Positions 47,071 through 57,138 of a DNA stretch of 64,000 nt are shown here, piece after piece; positions within the stretch are counted from its first letter, which is position 1, and each line of letters begins with the position of its first letter. Made by a program: the position numbers and the translations under genes. Source of the stretch: Candidatus Pacearchaeota archaeon. Its GTDB lineage: Archaea > Nanobdellota > Nanobdellia > Pacearchaeales > GW2011-AR1. Below the pieces are notes generated by a model. It did no database searches. It was given only the letters and a program-made list of their open reading frames with translations, and had not been told where the DNA came from. The DNA is taken from the NCBI GenBank assembly GCA_018304105.1, contig JAGVWX010000020.1, positions 27,111 to 91,110 of the forward strand, in the 5' to 3' direction.

Positions 47071-50000
47071 CACCAAAAGAAACAGACGAATCAAAGATTG
47101 AAGAAGAAATGGTCGAGGAAGAAAGCAAGAGAAGAAAAAAAGACCAGATAGGAAATGAACCCGGCATCATCGGAGCCGAAATCGTAGAAGAAATGGAAAA
47201 GTCTTACATCGACTACGCCATGTCTGTTATTGTCGACAGGGCCTTGCCTTCAGTCGAAGACGGATTAAAACCAGTTCAAAGAAGAATTCTTTATGCGATG
47301 GAAGTTCTCGGAGCGGACTACACCAAAGCCACAGTAAAATCCGCAAGAGTTGTCGGAGACGTAATTGGTAAGTATCACCCACACGGCGACTCAGCAGTCT
47401 ACGGCGCAATGGTCAGGCTTGCGCAAACTTTCTCATTAAGATATCCTTTAGTTCACGGTCAGGGAAACTTCGGAAGCATGGACGGAGACTCGGCTGCGGC
47501 AATGAGGTACTGCGTTACTGGAAATACAGTAATAGTCACAGAAAAAGGACTTGTTAAAATAAGAGAATTGTCAAAAGATGAAAACATTGAAATTAACGTC
47601 TTATCCAAGGATAAAAAAAGAAACAAGGCATCAAAATGGTTTGATTCAGGTATGCATGATACTATCAGCATCACAACAGATAAAGGATACTCTTTGACCG
47701 GAACTAAAAATCATCCAATCTTAACTTTAACTATTGACGGAGTAGGTAGGCCAGCAATGATGTGGAAACTTTTGTCAGACATTAAAAGCGGAGACATCGC
47801 TGTTATCGACAGGGCAGCAGATATTTTCTGGCCAGAAAGAGAAATTAGTTTGGAGCAGTATTATCCAGCGGTCAAAGATGGTCACGTACATCAAAAAATT
47901 CTGCCTTTGAGCTTAGGCAGGGAACTTTCTTTTATCTTGGGTTCTTTAGTTGCTGAAGGATTTATATCTGAGAATAAAATAGAATTTTGCAATAGTGACT
48001 TGGGATGGATAAACGAGTTTGAAAAAAAATGGAAAATTGTCTTTCCAGACAGCGTTTTGCACAGGTTCGAAAAAGAACCATCCAGCTACGGAAAGAAAAA
48101 ATATTTCAGGTTGGAATGTCATTCGAGATATACTTTAGAATTTTTGAGGAACATTGGGCTTCTCCCGGTAAAGTCTGCAAAGAAAACCATTCCCCACGTA
48201 GTATTCAAAGCAACATTACAAGTTACTAAAGAATTTTTGAAAGCATATTTTGAAGGTGACGGCAGTATTAGTTATGCCAATAAGATGACAGAATTAAGCT
48301 GTTGTTCTAAAAGTGAAAGATTGGTAAGTGAATTGCAGACACTTCTGCTCCGTCTTGGAATTGACGGCACAAAAAGATTCGATAAATACAAAGACATATG
48401 GAAACTTTATCTTCGCGGAAATAGAAATTTATTAAGGTTTTACAAAGAGATTGGTTTTATCTCCGAAAGAAAAAGTAAAACGCTGGAATTAGTGACTTTG
48501 GCTTCAAAACGAGAGAGTTCCATTAAGGACCATGTTCCTTACATCTCTGATTTTGTCAGGCACCTAAGCAATAACAGTTTTATTCACAAGAACAACTTTG
48601 ATAGATATGGTTCTATGCAGAAAAATTATTCTTCGGTTTGTCAAATTCTAAAAGAAGAAACCGGAACGGATTATTCTGCGGTCTTTGAATATTTCTTAAC
48701 TTATTCATATCTATTTGATAAAATTGTTGAGGTTAAAGAAACAGGGAAGCAAAGAGTTTATTCAATAAAAGTAGAAAGCGATTGTCATTCTTTTGTTTCT
48801 AATGGCTTTATTAGCCATAATACAGAAGCAAAGCTAAGCAAAATATCTTCAGAGCTTCTTGGCGACTTGGACAAAGAAACAGTCAACATGCTTCCAAATT
48901 TCGACAACACTTTGAAAGAGCCAGAAACTCTTCCTGCGAAACTTCCAAATCTTTTATTGAACGGCGCAACAGGAATCGCAGTCGGAATGGCAACAAATAT
49001 TCCTCCGCACAATTTAACAGAGTTATGCGACGCAATCACAGAGTATATTAACAAGCCGCAGATTACTGTTGACGAACTCGCTGAAATTGTCACAGGCCCA
49101 GATTTTCCAACCGGCGGAGTCGCTTCCGGCCCAGGCATCAAGGAAATGTACAAAACAGGCAAAGGCAGAGTTGTCATGCGAGCAAATCACGTTATTGAAG
49201 AAAACAAAGGAAAAGAATCAATTGTCGTGACAGAAATTCCTTACATGGTTAACAAAGCCGAGCTTGTAAAAGACATCGCGAGATTAGTGACTGAAAAGAA
49301 ACTTCTCGACATCGCAGACTTGAGAGATGAATCCGCGAAAGGCAAAGTCAGAATTGTTATCGAATTAAAAAAAGGAGTGACTCCAAAATACACAATAAAC
49401 AAACTTTACAAATTAACAAACCTTCAGACTAATTTTGATGCAAACATTATCGCTTTAGTTGGAAAGCAGCCAAGAACTCTCAACCTAAAAGACATAATAG
49501 GGGAATACGTCAAATACAGAGCGAAGACGGTCACGAAAAGAACAAAATTTGAATTAAGGAAAGCCGAAGACAGATTGGAAATAGTTATTGGTTTGATTAT
49601 TGCGTTAAACCAAATAGACAAAATTGTTGATTTCATTAAGAAGAGCAAGAACGCCGCCGAAGCTCACGAAGGCTTGATGAGCAAATTTAATCTCACAACA
49701 AGGCAGGCAAAAGCCGTTCTTGAAACAAAACTCCAGCAATTAACATCTATGGAGTCCCAGAAACTCAAGGATGAGGAAAAGAAACTAAAAGAAACAATTG
49801 AATATCTAAAGAACTTGCTTGGCAGCGAGCAGGAAATTTTGAGAGTAATCAAGAAAGAAGTTTCAGACATAAAGAAAGAATACGGCGACAGCAGAAGGAC
49901 AAAAATCTTGAAGAGGGTTGAAGAGCTTTCCGAAAAAGATCTCATTGAGAAAAAAGATGTCGTTGTTACAATAACCAAGACAGGTTATATCAAGAGAGTA

Positions 50001-50915
50001 GACGTAAAGCTTTACAAAGAGCAAAAGCGCGGAGGCACTGGTTCAATCGGAACCGATTTGAAAGATGAAGATTTCGTAGTCCACTTGCTGACTTGTTCAA
50101 CACATGATACTTTGCTTTTCTTCACAACTCGTGGAAGAGTCTTCTGGCTTAAAGCAAACGACGTTCCCGACGCAACAAGGCAAAGCAAAGGAAGAGCCCT
50201 CGCAAACCTTTTCAATCTCCGAGAAGAAGAAGTCGTAGACGTTAGAAACATCAAGAACTTTGAGCAAGGTTTCTTAATCTTCTGCACAAAGAAAGGAATC
50301 GTCAAAAAACTTATTCTCAAAGACCTTGCAAAGCCTCGCTCAACCGGAGTCAGAGTTATGAACTTGCCTGCAGACGGTTCCGATTTGATAATCGACGTTA
50401 AATACATCGAAGATGGCCAGGAAGTTTTGCTGATAAAGAAAAAAGGAAACGCAGTAAGATTCAACTCCAACGAAGTAAGGCCTATGGGCCGTTCAAGTTA
50501 CGGAGTCAAAGGCGCAGACCTTTCGGCAAGCGACGAAGTCGTCTCTCTCGAAGTCATTCCAAAGAAAGGAGAAATAACCGTCTTAACAATCACTGAAAAA
50601 GGTTACGGAAAGCGCTCCGCTCTTGAGGAATATAGAAGGACAGCCCGCGGAAGCAAAGGCGTAATAAACTTAAAGATTTCAGACAAAACAGGAAACATTG
50701 TCAAATCTCTTTCAGTCGACGATAAAGATTCTGTAATCGCGACAACAACAAAAGGCACAGCCATCCGCGTAGGAATGAAAGACCTTAGAGTAATGGGCCG
50801 CGCAACCCAAGGCGTCCACGTAATCAAAATCAAAGAAGGCGACAAGGTCGCAGACATAGTTAAAGTCCCAAGAGACGACGACTTGGAAAAAACAGATTTA
50901 AGGGATTTTGCTTAA
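47067..50915 (+). CDS. gyrA: DNA gyrase subunit A containing a ~437-aa LAGLIDADG intein at the AAAMRY|TEA(K/R)L site
   Basis: [34 protein letters not shown]-[intein]-TEAKLSKIS, then a complete C-terminal beta-pinwheel region. This is the same insertion site as the mycobacterial GyrA intein. Confidence 0.9.
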   Translation: MTPKETDESKIEEEMVEEESKRRKKDQIGNEPGIIGAEIVEEMEKSYIDYAMSVIVDRALPSVEDGLKPVQRRILYAMEVLGADYTKATVKSARVVGDVIGKYHPHGDSAVYGAMVRLAQTFSLRYPLVHGQGNFGSMDGDSAAAMRYCVTGNTVIVTEKGLVKIRELSKDENIEINVLSKDKKRNKASKWFDSGMHDTISITTDKGYSLTGTKNHPILTLTIDGVGRPAMMWKLLSDIKSGDIAVIDRAADIFWPEREISLEQYYPAVKDGHVHQKILPLSLGRELSFILGSLVAEGFISENKIEFCNSDLGWINEFEKKWKIVFPDSVLHRFEKEPSSYGKKKYFRLECHSRYTLEFLRNIGLLPVKSAKKTIPHVVFKATLQVTKEFLKAYFEGDGSISYANKMTELSCCSKSERLVSELQTLLLRLGIDGTKRFDKYKDIWKLYLRGNRNLLRFYKEIGFISERKSKTLELVTLASKRESSIKDHVPYISDFVRHLSNNSFIHKNNFDRYGSMQKNYSSVCQILKEETGTDYSAVFEYFLTYSYLFDKIVEVKETGKQRVYSIKVESDCHSFVSNGFISHNTEAKLSKISSELLGDLDKETVNMLPNFDNTLKEPETLPAKLPNLLLNGATGIAVGMATNIPPHNLTELCDAITEYINKPQITVDELAEIVTGPDFPTGGVASGPGIKEMYKTGKGRVVMRANHVIEENKGKESIVVTEIPYMVNKAELVKDIARLVTEKKLLDIADLRDESAKGKVRIVIELKKGVTPKYTINKLYKLTNLQTNFDANIIALVGKQPRTLNLKDIIGEYVKYRAKTVTKRTKFELRKAEDRLEIVIGLIIALNQIDKIVDFIKKSKNAAEAHEGLMSKFNLTTRQAKAVLETKLQQLTSMESQKLKDEEKKLKETIEYLKNLLGSEQEILRVIKKEVSDIKKEYGDSRRTKILKRVEELSEKDLIEKKDVVVTITKTGYIKRVDVKLYKEQKRGGTGSIGTDLKDEDFVVHLLTCSTHDTLLFFTTRGRVFWLKANDVPDATRQSKGRALANLFNLREEEVVDVRNIKNFEQGFLIFCTKKGIVKKLILKDLAKPRSTGVRVMNLPADGSDLIIDVKYIEDGQEVLLIKKKGNAVRFNSNEVRPMGRSSYGVKGADLSASDEVVSLEVIPKKGEITVLTITEKGYGKRSALEEYRRTARGSKGVINLKISDKTGNIVKSLSVDDKDSVIATTTKGTAIRVGMKDLRVMGRATQGVHVIKIKEGDKVADIVKVPRDDDLEKTDLRDFA
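47511..48821 (+). mobile_element. GyrA intein with LAGLIDADG homing-endonuclease domain
   Basis: It starts with Cys after AAAMRY ([13 protein letters not shown]) and ends ...SNGFISHN followed by T. Internal LAGLIDADG motifs are [15 protein letters not shown] and [15 protein letters not shown]. Confidence 0.8.
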
Positions 50916-51251
50916 CTATTTTCCGCGTGGAGATAAATCCAAATTCGCGTCACCAAAATCTACTTCAACATAAATCGGGTCAGAATCTTTAAGCAAAGCA
51001 TAACTAATGAATCTTGCACCGCCAATTTGGCTTTGAGATTCTCTTCGCAAAACGACGCCATCAGTGTAATTTCTCATAACATTGCCATCAACTATTTTTC
51101 CAGGCGCCAGATTACAAACTCTTATTCCCAGTCCCGTTTCAAAACGTTGCCTTACCTGCGTAACAGTTGTGTCTCTTTCCTGTGGAAAAGTCTGATTTTC
51201 AAAAGCAGTTATTCTTTGCTGTTCTGCTGGCATGTATTTGTGTGCAAACAT
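50916..51251 (-). CDS. Hypothetical protein (111 aa)
   Basis: ORF convergent on gyrA. No motif. Confidence 0.35.
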   Translation of the reverse strand: MFAHKYMPAEQQRITAFENQTFPQERDTTVTQVRQRFETGLGIRVCNLAPGKIVDGNVMRNYTDGVVLRRESQSQIGGARFISYALLKDSDPIYVEVDFGDANLDLSPRGK

Positions 51252-51254
51252 TTT

Positions 51255-51737
51255 TTACCAGTAACTCGTCCTCTGATTGTTATAATTATAATTTCCGTAA
51301 TTACTTCCATAATTCCCATAACCGCCGTAATTGCCATAATTGTTCCCATAACTATTATACATTGGGTAATTCCCGTAATTGTTATAGCTCGGAGTAAAAC
51401 TCAAAGGATAACTTTGATAATTCCCATAACCCATATAACCCCGAGTGTATGTTGGATAAGACGGAGTTTGTCGCTTCACTGTAACATAACTTGTTCTGTC
51501 AACCCAAGAGTTGCCGTCCCAAAACTTCTCGCTAACTTTGTCATAGTTTGTCGTAGTGGTCGTCCTAGGCCCATAATAACTTCCAGTAGTCTTTGCTGTG
51601 AAAGAATGATAAGCGTCATAATTATCCCGCCCATAGGAAGGGTCAAAACGGCCGCCGTAATAAGCAGCAGAACTAAAACTTATAAGTGCAACCAGGAAAA
51701 ACATTCCTAAAACAAGCAACCCAATTGATTTCTTCAT
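51255..51737 (-). CDS. Secreted low-complexity Tyr/Gly/Asn-rich protein
   Basis: Signal peptide MKKSIGLLVLGMFFLVALISFSSA. The C-terminal half is dominated by YGNY/NYGNY repeats. It shares a KV.E....NG..W..R....V block with the 52012 gene. Confidence 0.55.
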   Translation of the reverse strand: MKKSIGLLVLGMFFLVALISFSSAAYYGGRFDPSYGRDNYDAYHSFTAKTTGSYYGPRTTTTTNYDKVSEKFWDGNSWVDRTSYVTVKRQTPSYPTYTRGYMGYGNYQSYPLSFTPSYNNYGNYPMYNSYGNNYGNYGGYGNYGSNYGNYNYNNQRTSYW

Positions 51738-52011
51738 CCAACTCCGAGAAGAAAGAAATATATAAATGTTTCGTTATAACTGTCACTAACAAATTACTAC
51801 ATCTTCGTGAGTCCTAGCGAGCAAACCCGCAGGCGAAGCCGAGGAGTTGCGCAGCACCGAGGAGCGAAAATAATAATAGCTTCAATTTACAGATTAAATT
51901 AATAATACCTTATAACAAACTCTTAAACATTCTGAGCCCACCCTATTCATCCACCCAGAAACGCCCCAAGCTTATCGTTATATTATTTATTACAGAATAT
52001 TTTAGCTATTT

Positions 52012-52539
52012 CTAAAATCTCCAATTATAAGTCTGAGTTGCGTAATCGTATCTTGGTTCATAGTAATAATAATTGTAACCCATAACCTCTTCGTTATCAA
52101 TCCTCGGGTCAAACGCCTGTTTATATCTCCAGTCGGAAGGCGATGTTGCGCTCTTGTCTCCATAATGATAATAGAACGCGTCTCCTGACGACCTTCCCGC
52201 CTGAATGTTGTATCTCGCATCATAAGAATCAGTTACCCAAACCACCGCCCGAGCTCTTTGCACTTCTTCTCTCCATCCGTCGCCATTCTCAACCCACTCG
52301 CATACTTTGTCAGTTCTCAATTTTAGTGCGCCGTTGTCCCAATACTTGCACGAGCTATCGTAATCATATACATAATTCCCATATCTGTAAGGAGAGCTTC
52401 CAAATCCAGCAGATAATCTAGTTCCATACATAGGTGAATAATCATAATATGTGTAAGCAGACACGCTCGCACTCTGCATCAAAGTCAAGACTAAAATTCC
52501 CGCACACAACGCTAAAAAGATTTTATTTTGGATTTTCAT
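52012..52539 (-). CDS. Secreted Tyr-rich protein, paralog of the 51255 gene
   Basis: Signal peptide MKIQNKIFLALCAGILVLTLMQSASVSA, Tyr-rich flanks (YTYYDYSPMYG...YNYYYYEPRYDY) and the shared central block TDKVCEWVENGDGW. Confidence 0.55.
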   Translation of the reverse strand: MKIQNKIFLALCAGILVLTLMQSASVSAYTYYDYSPMYGTRLSAGFGSSPYRYGNYVYDYDSSCKYWDNGALKLRTDKVCEWVENGDGWREEVQRARAVVWVTDSYDARYNIQAGRSSGDAFYYHYGDKSATSPSDWRYKQAFDPRIDNEEVMGYNYYYYEPRYDYATQTYNWRF

Positions 52540-52991
52540 CTCGTTCCTTCTCCTTGCGTCTCGCCGAAAAGAGCTTCTATTTCCAGATATCTGGCAACAC
52601 CTTCAGATGTTAAGGAAACAATTCTGAATCGGCTATCTCTAGCATCCAATCTTTTATTTACCAAGCCTACCTTAAATTGATTAGAAACTGCAGCAGAAAT
52701 TCTTGGAACGGAGTCGTATTGTGAATCGCGAACAATATCTTCAAAAGAAACCTCCCCTATTCCTTTTTTTCTTTTCATTCCAATGTAAACAAGGCAGTCT
52801 AATTCCATCCTAGACATTCCGGTTCTCTCTAAATATTCATAAAGTCTCTTTTCTTGTTCCAAATATGTTCTTAGCCTATCTGTCGCTTCTGCTCTTATTT
52901 GTTTGCTCATCTCTCCCCGAATCCTAAAACCTATATAAACCTTTCCGTTTGTAACTACTACAAAGTTACTTACAATCCTCAGACATCTCAT
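52536..52991 (-). CDS. Winged-helix (MarR-like) transcriptional regulator; the true start may be the internal Met (MSKQIR)
   Basis: Central wHTH-like segment IGEVSFEDIVRDSQYDSVPRISAAVSNQFKVGLVNKRLDARDSRFRIVSLTSEG. Confidence 0.45.
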   Translation of the reverse strand: MRCLRIVSNFVVVTNGKVYIGFRIRGEMSKQIRAEATDRLRTYLEQEKRLYEYLERTGMSRMELDCLVYIGMKRKKGIGEVSFEDIVRDSQYDSVPRISAAVSNQFKVGLVNKRLDARDSRFRIVSLTSEGVARYLEIEALFGETQGEGTR

Positions 52992-53062
52992 CCGCAGAAA
53001 AATATCTCGTCTAAAACAAGTCCCGATAAACTTTAAAAACTAACAATTGTAATTCTTTTGAA

Positions 53063-53135
53063 TGCCTCGGTAGTTTAGTGGCTAGAACACGACCCTGTCG
53101 CGGTCGAGGTCCGAGTTCGATTCTCGGTCGGGGCG
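53063..53135 (+). tRNA. tRNA-Asp (anticodon GTC)
   Basis: Acceptor GCCTCGG/TCGGGGC (two G-U pairs), anticodon stem CGACC/GGTCG with loop CTGTCGC (GTC), T arm CCGAG-TTCGATT-CTCGG, discriminator G. Confidence 0.75.
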
Positions 53136-53320
53136 GATTTTTGGGCTGCAAGCCCAAAGCTTTGGCACTGAATCGAACGAGGATAGAGTGAGATTGAGGT
53201 CGGGGCGGATTTTTGGGCTGCAAGCCCAAAGCTTTGGCACTGAATCGAACGAGGATAGAGTGAGATTGAGGTCGGGGCGGATTTGGGCTGAAAGCCCAAC
53301 GATTCGTGAGAATCGAGCAT
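53126..53320. repeat. Tandem direct repeat of ~72 bp (two exact units plus a third diverged partial) that begins with the last 10 nt of tRNA-Asp and its 3' trailer
   Basis: Unit GGTCGGGGCGGATTTTTGGGCTGCAAGCCCAAAGCTTTGGCACTGAATCGAACGAGGATAGAGTGAGATTGA at 53126-53197 is repeated exactly at 53198-53269, and a third diverged copy runs to ~53320. Each unit holds a GGGCTGCAAGCCC hairpin and a GAATCGAAC segment that is the reverse complement of the tRNA T-loop region. Confidence 0.8.
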
Positions 53321-53404
53321 GGATATAATTCGATTCTCTTTTTCATTAATCCACTTATCAGAAAATTCATTAATCTTATAAATTCAGAATTCTAGGCTTA
53401 ACAC

Positions 53405-53917
53405 ATGAAGACAAAAATAACCTTAGCAATTCTTATTGTACTTTTCGTAGTTAGCTTCGTGTATTTTATTAGAATAAACCAAAACAGTTACACGGCAAAT
53501 GAAGATTCATCTGGCAATATTGCTGGCCAAATTCAAGAATCAACAACATCTTCAGGCACAAACAACAACACACAAACACAAAACTCAAACAATAAAATCT
53601 CTCTGTCTGAACTATCTAAACACAACTCAAGAGAAGATTGCTGGGTCGCCTATGACGGAAAAGTCTATGACATAACTTCCTACTTGCCTCGTCATCCTAG
53701 TTCTGCTGGAAAAATTTTGCCTTATTGCGGTTCAGCAGACGCATTTGCGCAAGCATTCACAAAACAGCATGGAACTTCAAAAGTCAGCATGCTCCTGAAA
53801 GTCGGAACATTTATCGGAGACTTCGATGTGATTGGAAACCTCGAGAACTCAACAGCAAATCCTGCATATGCCGATGCGCAAGACGCGGAGGACGAGATTG
53901 GAGAGGAAGACGATTAA
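53405..53917 (+). CDS. Membrane-anchored cytochrome b5-like heme/steroid-binding domain protein
   Basis: N-terminal TM helix, a Thr/Asn/Gln-rich linker, then EDCWVAYDGKVYDITSYLPRHP...G, resembling the cyt-b5 fold motif (HPGG is replaced here by HPSSAG). Confidence 0.55.
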   Translation: MKTKITLAILIVLFVVSFVYFIRINQNSYTANEDSSGNIAGQIQESTTSSGTNNNTQTQNSNNKISLSELSKHNSREDCWVAYDGKVYDITSYLPRHPSSAGKILPYCGSADAFAQAFTKQHGTSKVSMLLKVGTFIGDFDVIGNLENSTANPAYADAQDAEDEIGEEDD

Positions 53918-53918
53918 A

Positions 53919-54308
53919 ATGGAAAAATATGCCAAACCACTTTTGCGGATAGCTATGAGCCTTATTTTTCTTTACTTCGGGTTTCAGCAAGTCAGCTCGC
54001 CAGACGCCTGGGCTGGATTCGTCCCGGAGTTTTTGACAAGCGCAATAATAACTGCAAATAACATTGTAATATTCAACGGTATTCTAGAACTATCTCTTGG
54101 CCTGTTCATGCTCCTCGGATTATATACACGATTCGCTTCTTTGATTCTCGCGCTTCACCTATTCGGAATCGCATTTTCTATAGGGCTTAATCCTCTCGGC
54201 GTAAGAGACTTCGGTCTTTCGTTCGCAACATTGGTCGTATTTCTTAACGGCCCAGACGAATATACATTGGATTTTAAGTTAGCAAAGAAGAATAAAAAAG
54301 CAGATTAA
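53919..54308 (+). CDS. DoxX-family membrane protein
   Basis: Start at MEKYAKPLLRIAMSLIFLYFGFQQ (ATG 2 nt after the upstream stop). Four TM helices with the LLRI....G...GL pattern typical of DoxX. Confidence 0.6.
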   Translation: MEKYAKPLLRIAMSLIFLYFGFQQVSSPDAWAGFVPEFLTSAIITANNIVIFNGILELSLGLFMLLGLYTRFASLILALHLFGIAFSIGLNPLGVRDFGLSFATLVVFLNGPDEYTLDFKLAKKNKKAD

Positions 54309-55159
54309 GAATTGCCCTTGTGCGGAATTATTTTTCCTTCCTGCCAATCTCTCAAAATTCTTCTTGCAGTTCTCTCCGTGTCAACCTCGCCTTTTTTCTT
54401 TAAAAAATTCCACTTTTCGCCCAGCGTCTGAAGAAGAACATCAACGTCTTCATGAGAATTCACCCCATAAAACTTATCAAAAACTCTCGGTTCTTCTTTC
54501 ATTATCTCATTCAAAGTAAAGTCCGGATATTTTACTTTGTTGTAATCTCTCGCTCCGATTTCAGTTTGCTTCTTCACTATTTTTTCATTAATCGAATTCT
54601 CTTCTCCTCCGGTTATAACTCCTGGAGAATCTAAAATGTAAACACCATTTCTAAATTTAATCTTCTGAATATTTCTTGTAAAGCCTGCATTAGGAGAAAT
54701 CCCCGCTCTTCGCCCGGCGCAAAGAACATTTATCAGCGAGCTCTTTCCCGTATTGGGATAGCCAATCACTCCAACAATAACTTTCTTTTTTTTGAATCGC
54801 GACGCTTCAACAGCAATAAGTTCTCTCAATCTTGAGCGCCCAACTCGCCCCCTCGCCGAAAACAAAACATAAGGCTCAATCTTCGTCAAGTCATAATTCA
54901 TTTTCAGCTCTTTTATCTCTATCAAATCCGCCTTCGTCAGAACAAACACAAGCCTCTTTCCTTTTCTTCTCACTTCCTTTTCCAGCTCTGCATTCCGCGT
55001 CTTGTCAACGAATCTCGCGTCAAGCACTTCCAGAATCACATCTGATTGCTCAATCACATCTCGCGCCATGTTAGTGAACGACACGCTATGCTGATTGGTC
55101 ATCGGCGATTTGTGGAACTTCTGCGTGAACTTCGAGGAAAAATTATACTTTACTCTCAT
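54305..55159 (-). CDS. Circularly permuted GTPase of the YlqF/RbgA/Nug1 family (ribosome biogenesis GTPase)
   Basis: Motif order is G4 (VLTKADL), then G1 (GYPNTGKSSLIN), then G3 (DSPG). That order is diagnostic of cp-GTPases. Confidence 0.75.
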   Translation of the reverse strand: MRVKYNFSSKFTQKFHKSPMTNQHSVSFTNMARDVIEQSDVILEVLDARFVDKTRNAELEKEVRRKGKRLVFVLTKADLIEIKELKMNYDLTKIEPYVLFSARGRVGRSRLRELIAVEASRFKKKKVIVGVIGYPNTGKSSLINVLCAGRRAGISPNAGFTRNIQKIKFRNGVYILDSPGVITGGEENSINEKIVKKQTEIGARDYNKVKYPDFTLNEIMKEEPRVFDKFYGVNSHEDVDVLLQTLGEKWNFLKKKGEVDTERTARRILRDWQEGKIIPHKGNS

Positions 55160-55196
55160 CTTAGAACTAATTGGTTGCTGTTTTTAAATTCCTCTC

Positions 55197-55748
55197 TTAC
55201 TTAATTCCAGTCTTAATCCCGAAGTTTACGCTTCCTTCAACTTCTTGAGTCGGTGGCCCGGTTTCGTTTGGCGGCACTGTTGGCAACTCGCTATCATTAT
55301 TTTCTTCTTCGTCTTCATCATCCGTATTTTCTGAGTTATCTTGGTCATTATTCTGCTGATTTGAATTATTGTTCTCATTAGAGTTCTGATTTTGATTGGA
55401 ATTTCCATTCAGATGCACAATCGAGTCGCTTGCCTGCCCGGAATTCGAAGAAGGCGAACCATCTTGCTCTTCCCCCAGGCTTATTGGTTCATAGCCATAC
55501 TTTTTTAATTTATCATTTACATACCTGTAAACATTCGAATCGTCGGCTCCTTCTTTCCCAGAAGATGCTGGGGTTACAACATCTTTTTGTCTCGCCTCGC
55601 TCGGCAGAGTTTGTCCCGCAAATTCCTTGCTGATTTCCCCGCGATTCCCTCCAAATAATAAAAACTGCAAAGAAACCAAATTAAAAAGGAAGATAACCGA
55701 TGCTAAAACTAAAAGCAGCTTCACGTCTTTTTTGGCTCTTTTACTCAT
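55197..55748 (-). CDS. Membrane-anchored low-complexity (Asn/Gln/Ser/Asp-rich) protein
   Basis: N-terminal TM helix. The C-terminus is full of NSNQNQNSNENNNSNQQNNDQDNSENTDDEDEEENN. Confidence 0.35.
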   Translation of the reverse strand: MSKRAKKDVKLLLVLASVIFLFNLVSLQFLLFGGNRGEISKEFAGQTLPSEARQKDVVTPASSGKEGADDSNVYRYVNDKLKKYGYEPISLGEEQDGSPSSNSGQASDSIVHLNGNSNQNQNSNENNNSNQQNNDQDNSENTDDEDEEENNDSELPTVPPNETGPPTQEVEGSVNFGIKTGIK

Positions 55749-55796
55749 TTTCTTGCAACCTAAAGCCGATTTAAATTCATATATAGCCTAAGAAAT

Positions 55797-56999
55797 CTAT
55801 TTTCCACCAGTCAAATCACAGGTTTTTACTGCAATTTCATTCGGTTTTGTCAAGGCTCGAGTCCGAAAATATTCAATGGCCTTTCTGCCAATCACGTTTT
55901 GGTTTTCAAGATATTCTTCTATCAAGGAAGACATCCGAATCTTATATTTTACATAAGGGGTTATCGGTCTCAGAAGCCAGGGGAATCTATCGAAGAAACT
56001 AATCAAAGCCTTCAATTTTTTGTTCCCGGTTTCCATCATGTATCTTTCCCCGACTCTCTTGATTTTTGTTTGAAAAGCAATCTGGTCCACAGTGTCTAAT
56101 GCGTAACCTCTCAGCGTCTCTGGCTTAAGGTTCTGCTTGACCAAGTATGCGTTTCCGCTAACAACATTGCTCCAGAACTCCCTAAAGTTTTTTCCTCTTG
56201 CCAAAGTGTAACCGCTCAGCCCAGCATCTCCAAAGTGCCCATCACTGCTTGAAGTCATTCCTTTTCCAAGCAGTTTCGCCAGAAATTCTCCAGCCAGATT
56301 TTCATACAGGGCGCGATTGCTATTTGAAACTTCTATGACTGGAAAAAGTTTGCCATATTTCAGAATCGCCGTAAAATTTTTCTCGCTTATGCTGCGCTCT
56401 TGGTCCATTTCAAACCAAAGCGGATGATTGTACTGAAACATCAATTTATTCCTGGCGCAATATCCAACAAACAAAACAACGTCCTCTTTCAGCATCTTAA
56501 GTTTTTCAAAATCTTTTCTGGTAAGCCTGTAAACATTAACATGAATCACATGTCCAAGATTTTTATCGTTCAATGTGAACTCAGTCCCCGGAACAAACTT
56601 TCTTAAAAGTTCTGGGCGATTCTTCAGCGTTTCAGCAACAATCTCGTTTTGAGTGTACTCGTTGTGGTCCGTGATTGTAACATAACTCATTCCTCGTTTA
56701 AGCCCTGCAAAGAAGATGCTCACAGGATTAAATTCCGGTCTTTCTTTTACATCACGCGAATAAAAAGAATGCGCATGCCCATCCCAGGCCATCAGCTCGC
56801 CGTCTTTCAATCTCTTTCGGGCAGCATGCGGACTTTCTCTCACACGAGAGTCATAATAAAATTTGTCCCCCCTTTCATCGATAAATGAAGTCATCAGGAA
56901 AATATATGAAATTGCTTTCTTAAAGCTTTTGTTAACAATTATTTTCAATAACATTGCGCAAACAGTCGGATAAGTTGTAAAATCTTTTCTTTGCAGCAA
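55797..56999 (-). CDS. PHP-like metal-dependent phosphoesterase domain protein (N-terminal H-x-H...D...TDHN); the start may be internal
   Basis: MAWDGHAHSFYSRDVKE...SYVTITDHNEYT resembles the PHP/CpsB-type His-rich phosphoesterase start. About 300 aa downstream are unassigned. Confidence 0.45.
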   Translation of the reverse strand: MLQRKDFTTYPTVCAMLLKIIVNKSFKKAISYIFLMTSFIDERGDKFYYDSRVRESPHAARKRLKDGELMAWDGHAHSFYSRDVKERPEFNPVSIFFAGLKRGMSYVTITDHNEYTQNEIVAETLKNRPELLRKFVPGTEFTLNDKNLGHVIHVNVYRLTRKDFEKLKMLKEDVVLFVGYCARNKLMFQYNHPLWFEMDQERSISEKNFTAILKYGKLFPVIEVSNSNRALYENLAGEFLAKLLGKGMTSSSDGHFGDAGLSGYTLARGKNFREFWSNVVSGNAYLVKQNLKPETLRGYALDTVDQIAFQTKIKRVGERYMMETGNKKLKALISFFDRFPWLLRPITPYVKYKIRMSSLIEEYLENQNVIGRKAIEYFRTRALTKPNEIAVKTCDLTGGK

Positions 57000-57138
57000 A
57001 AAATTTTTGATTATTAGTGTTAAATTTTATTTTTATAATTTGTCGTCGGAAAAAATTTCGCGCTCACATCACAAAATCCGCAACGAGACGCTTCAGGACA
57101 AAGCTTAAATACGTCCATGAGTTAAATTAAACATAGAG

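Noticed and set aside
51027-51710. 227-aa plus-strand ORF rich in Ile/Thr/Pro
   Set aside because: It is antisense to the Tyr/Gly/Asn-rich secreted protein gene; its low-complexity translation is produced by the repeats.
53126-53320. Possible CRISPR array
   Set aside because: The repeats are directly adjacent with no unique spacers. The unit is 72 bp and derives from the tRNA 3' end, and there are no cas genes nearby.
53011-53370. Minus-strand ORFs (119 aa and 81 aa) with internally repeated peptides over the tRNA-Asp repeat
   Set aside because: They are translation artefacts of the 72-bp tandem repeat, they overlap the tRNA gene, and they have no start context.
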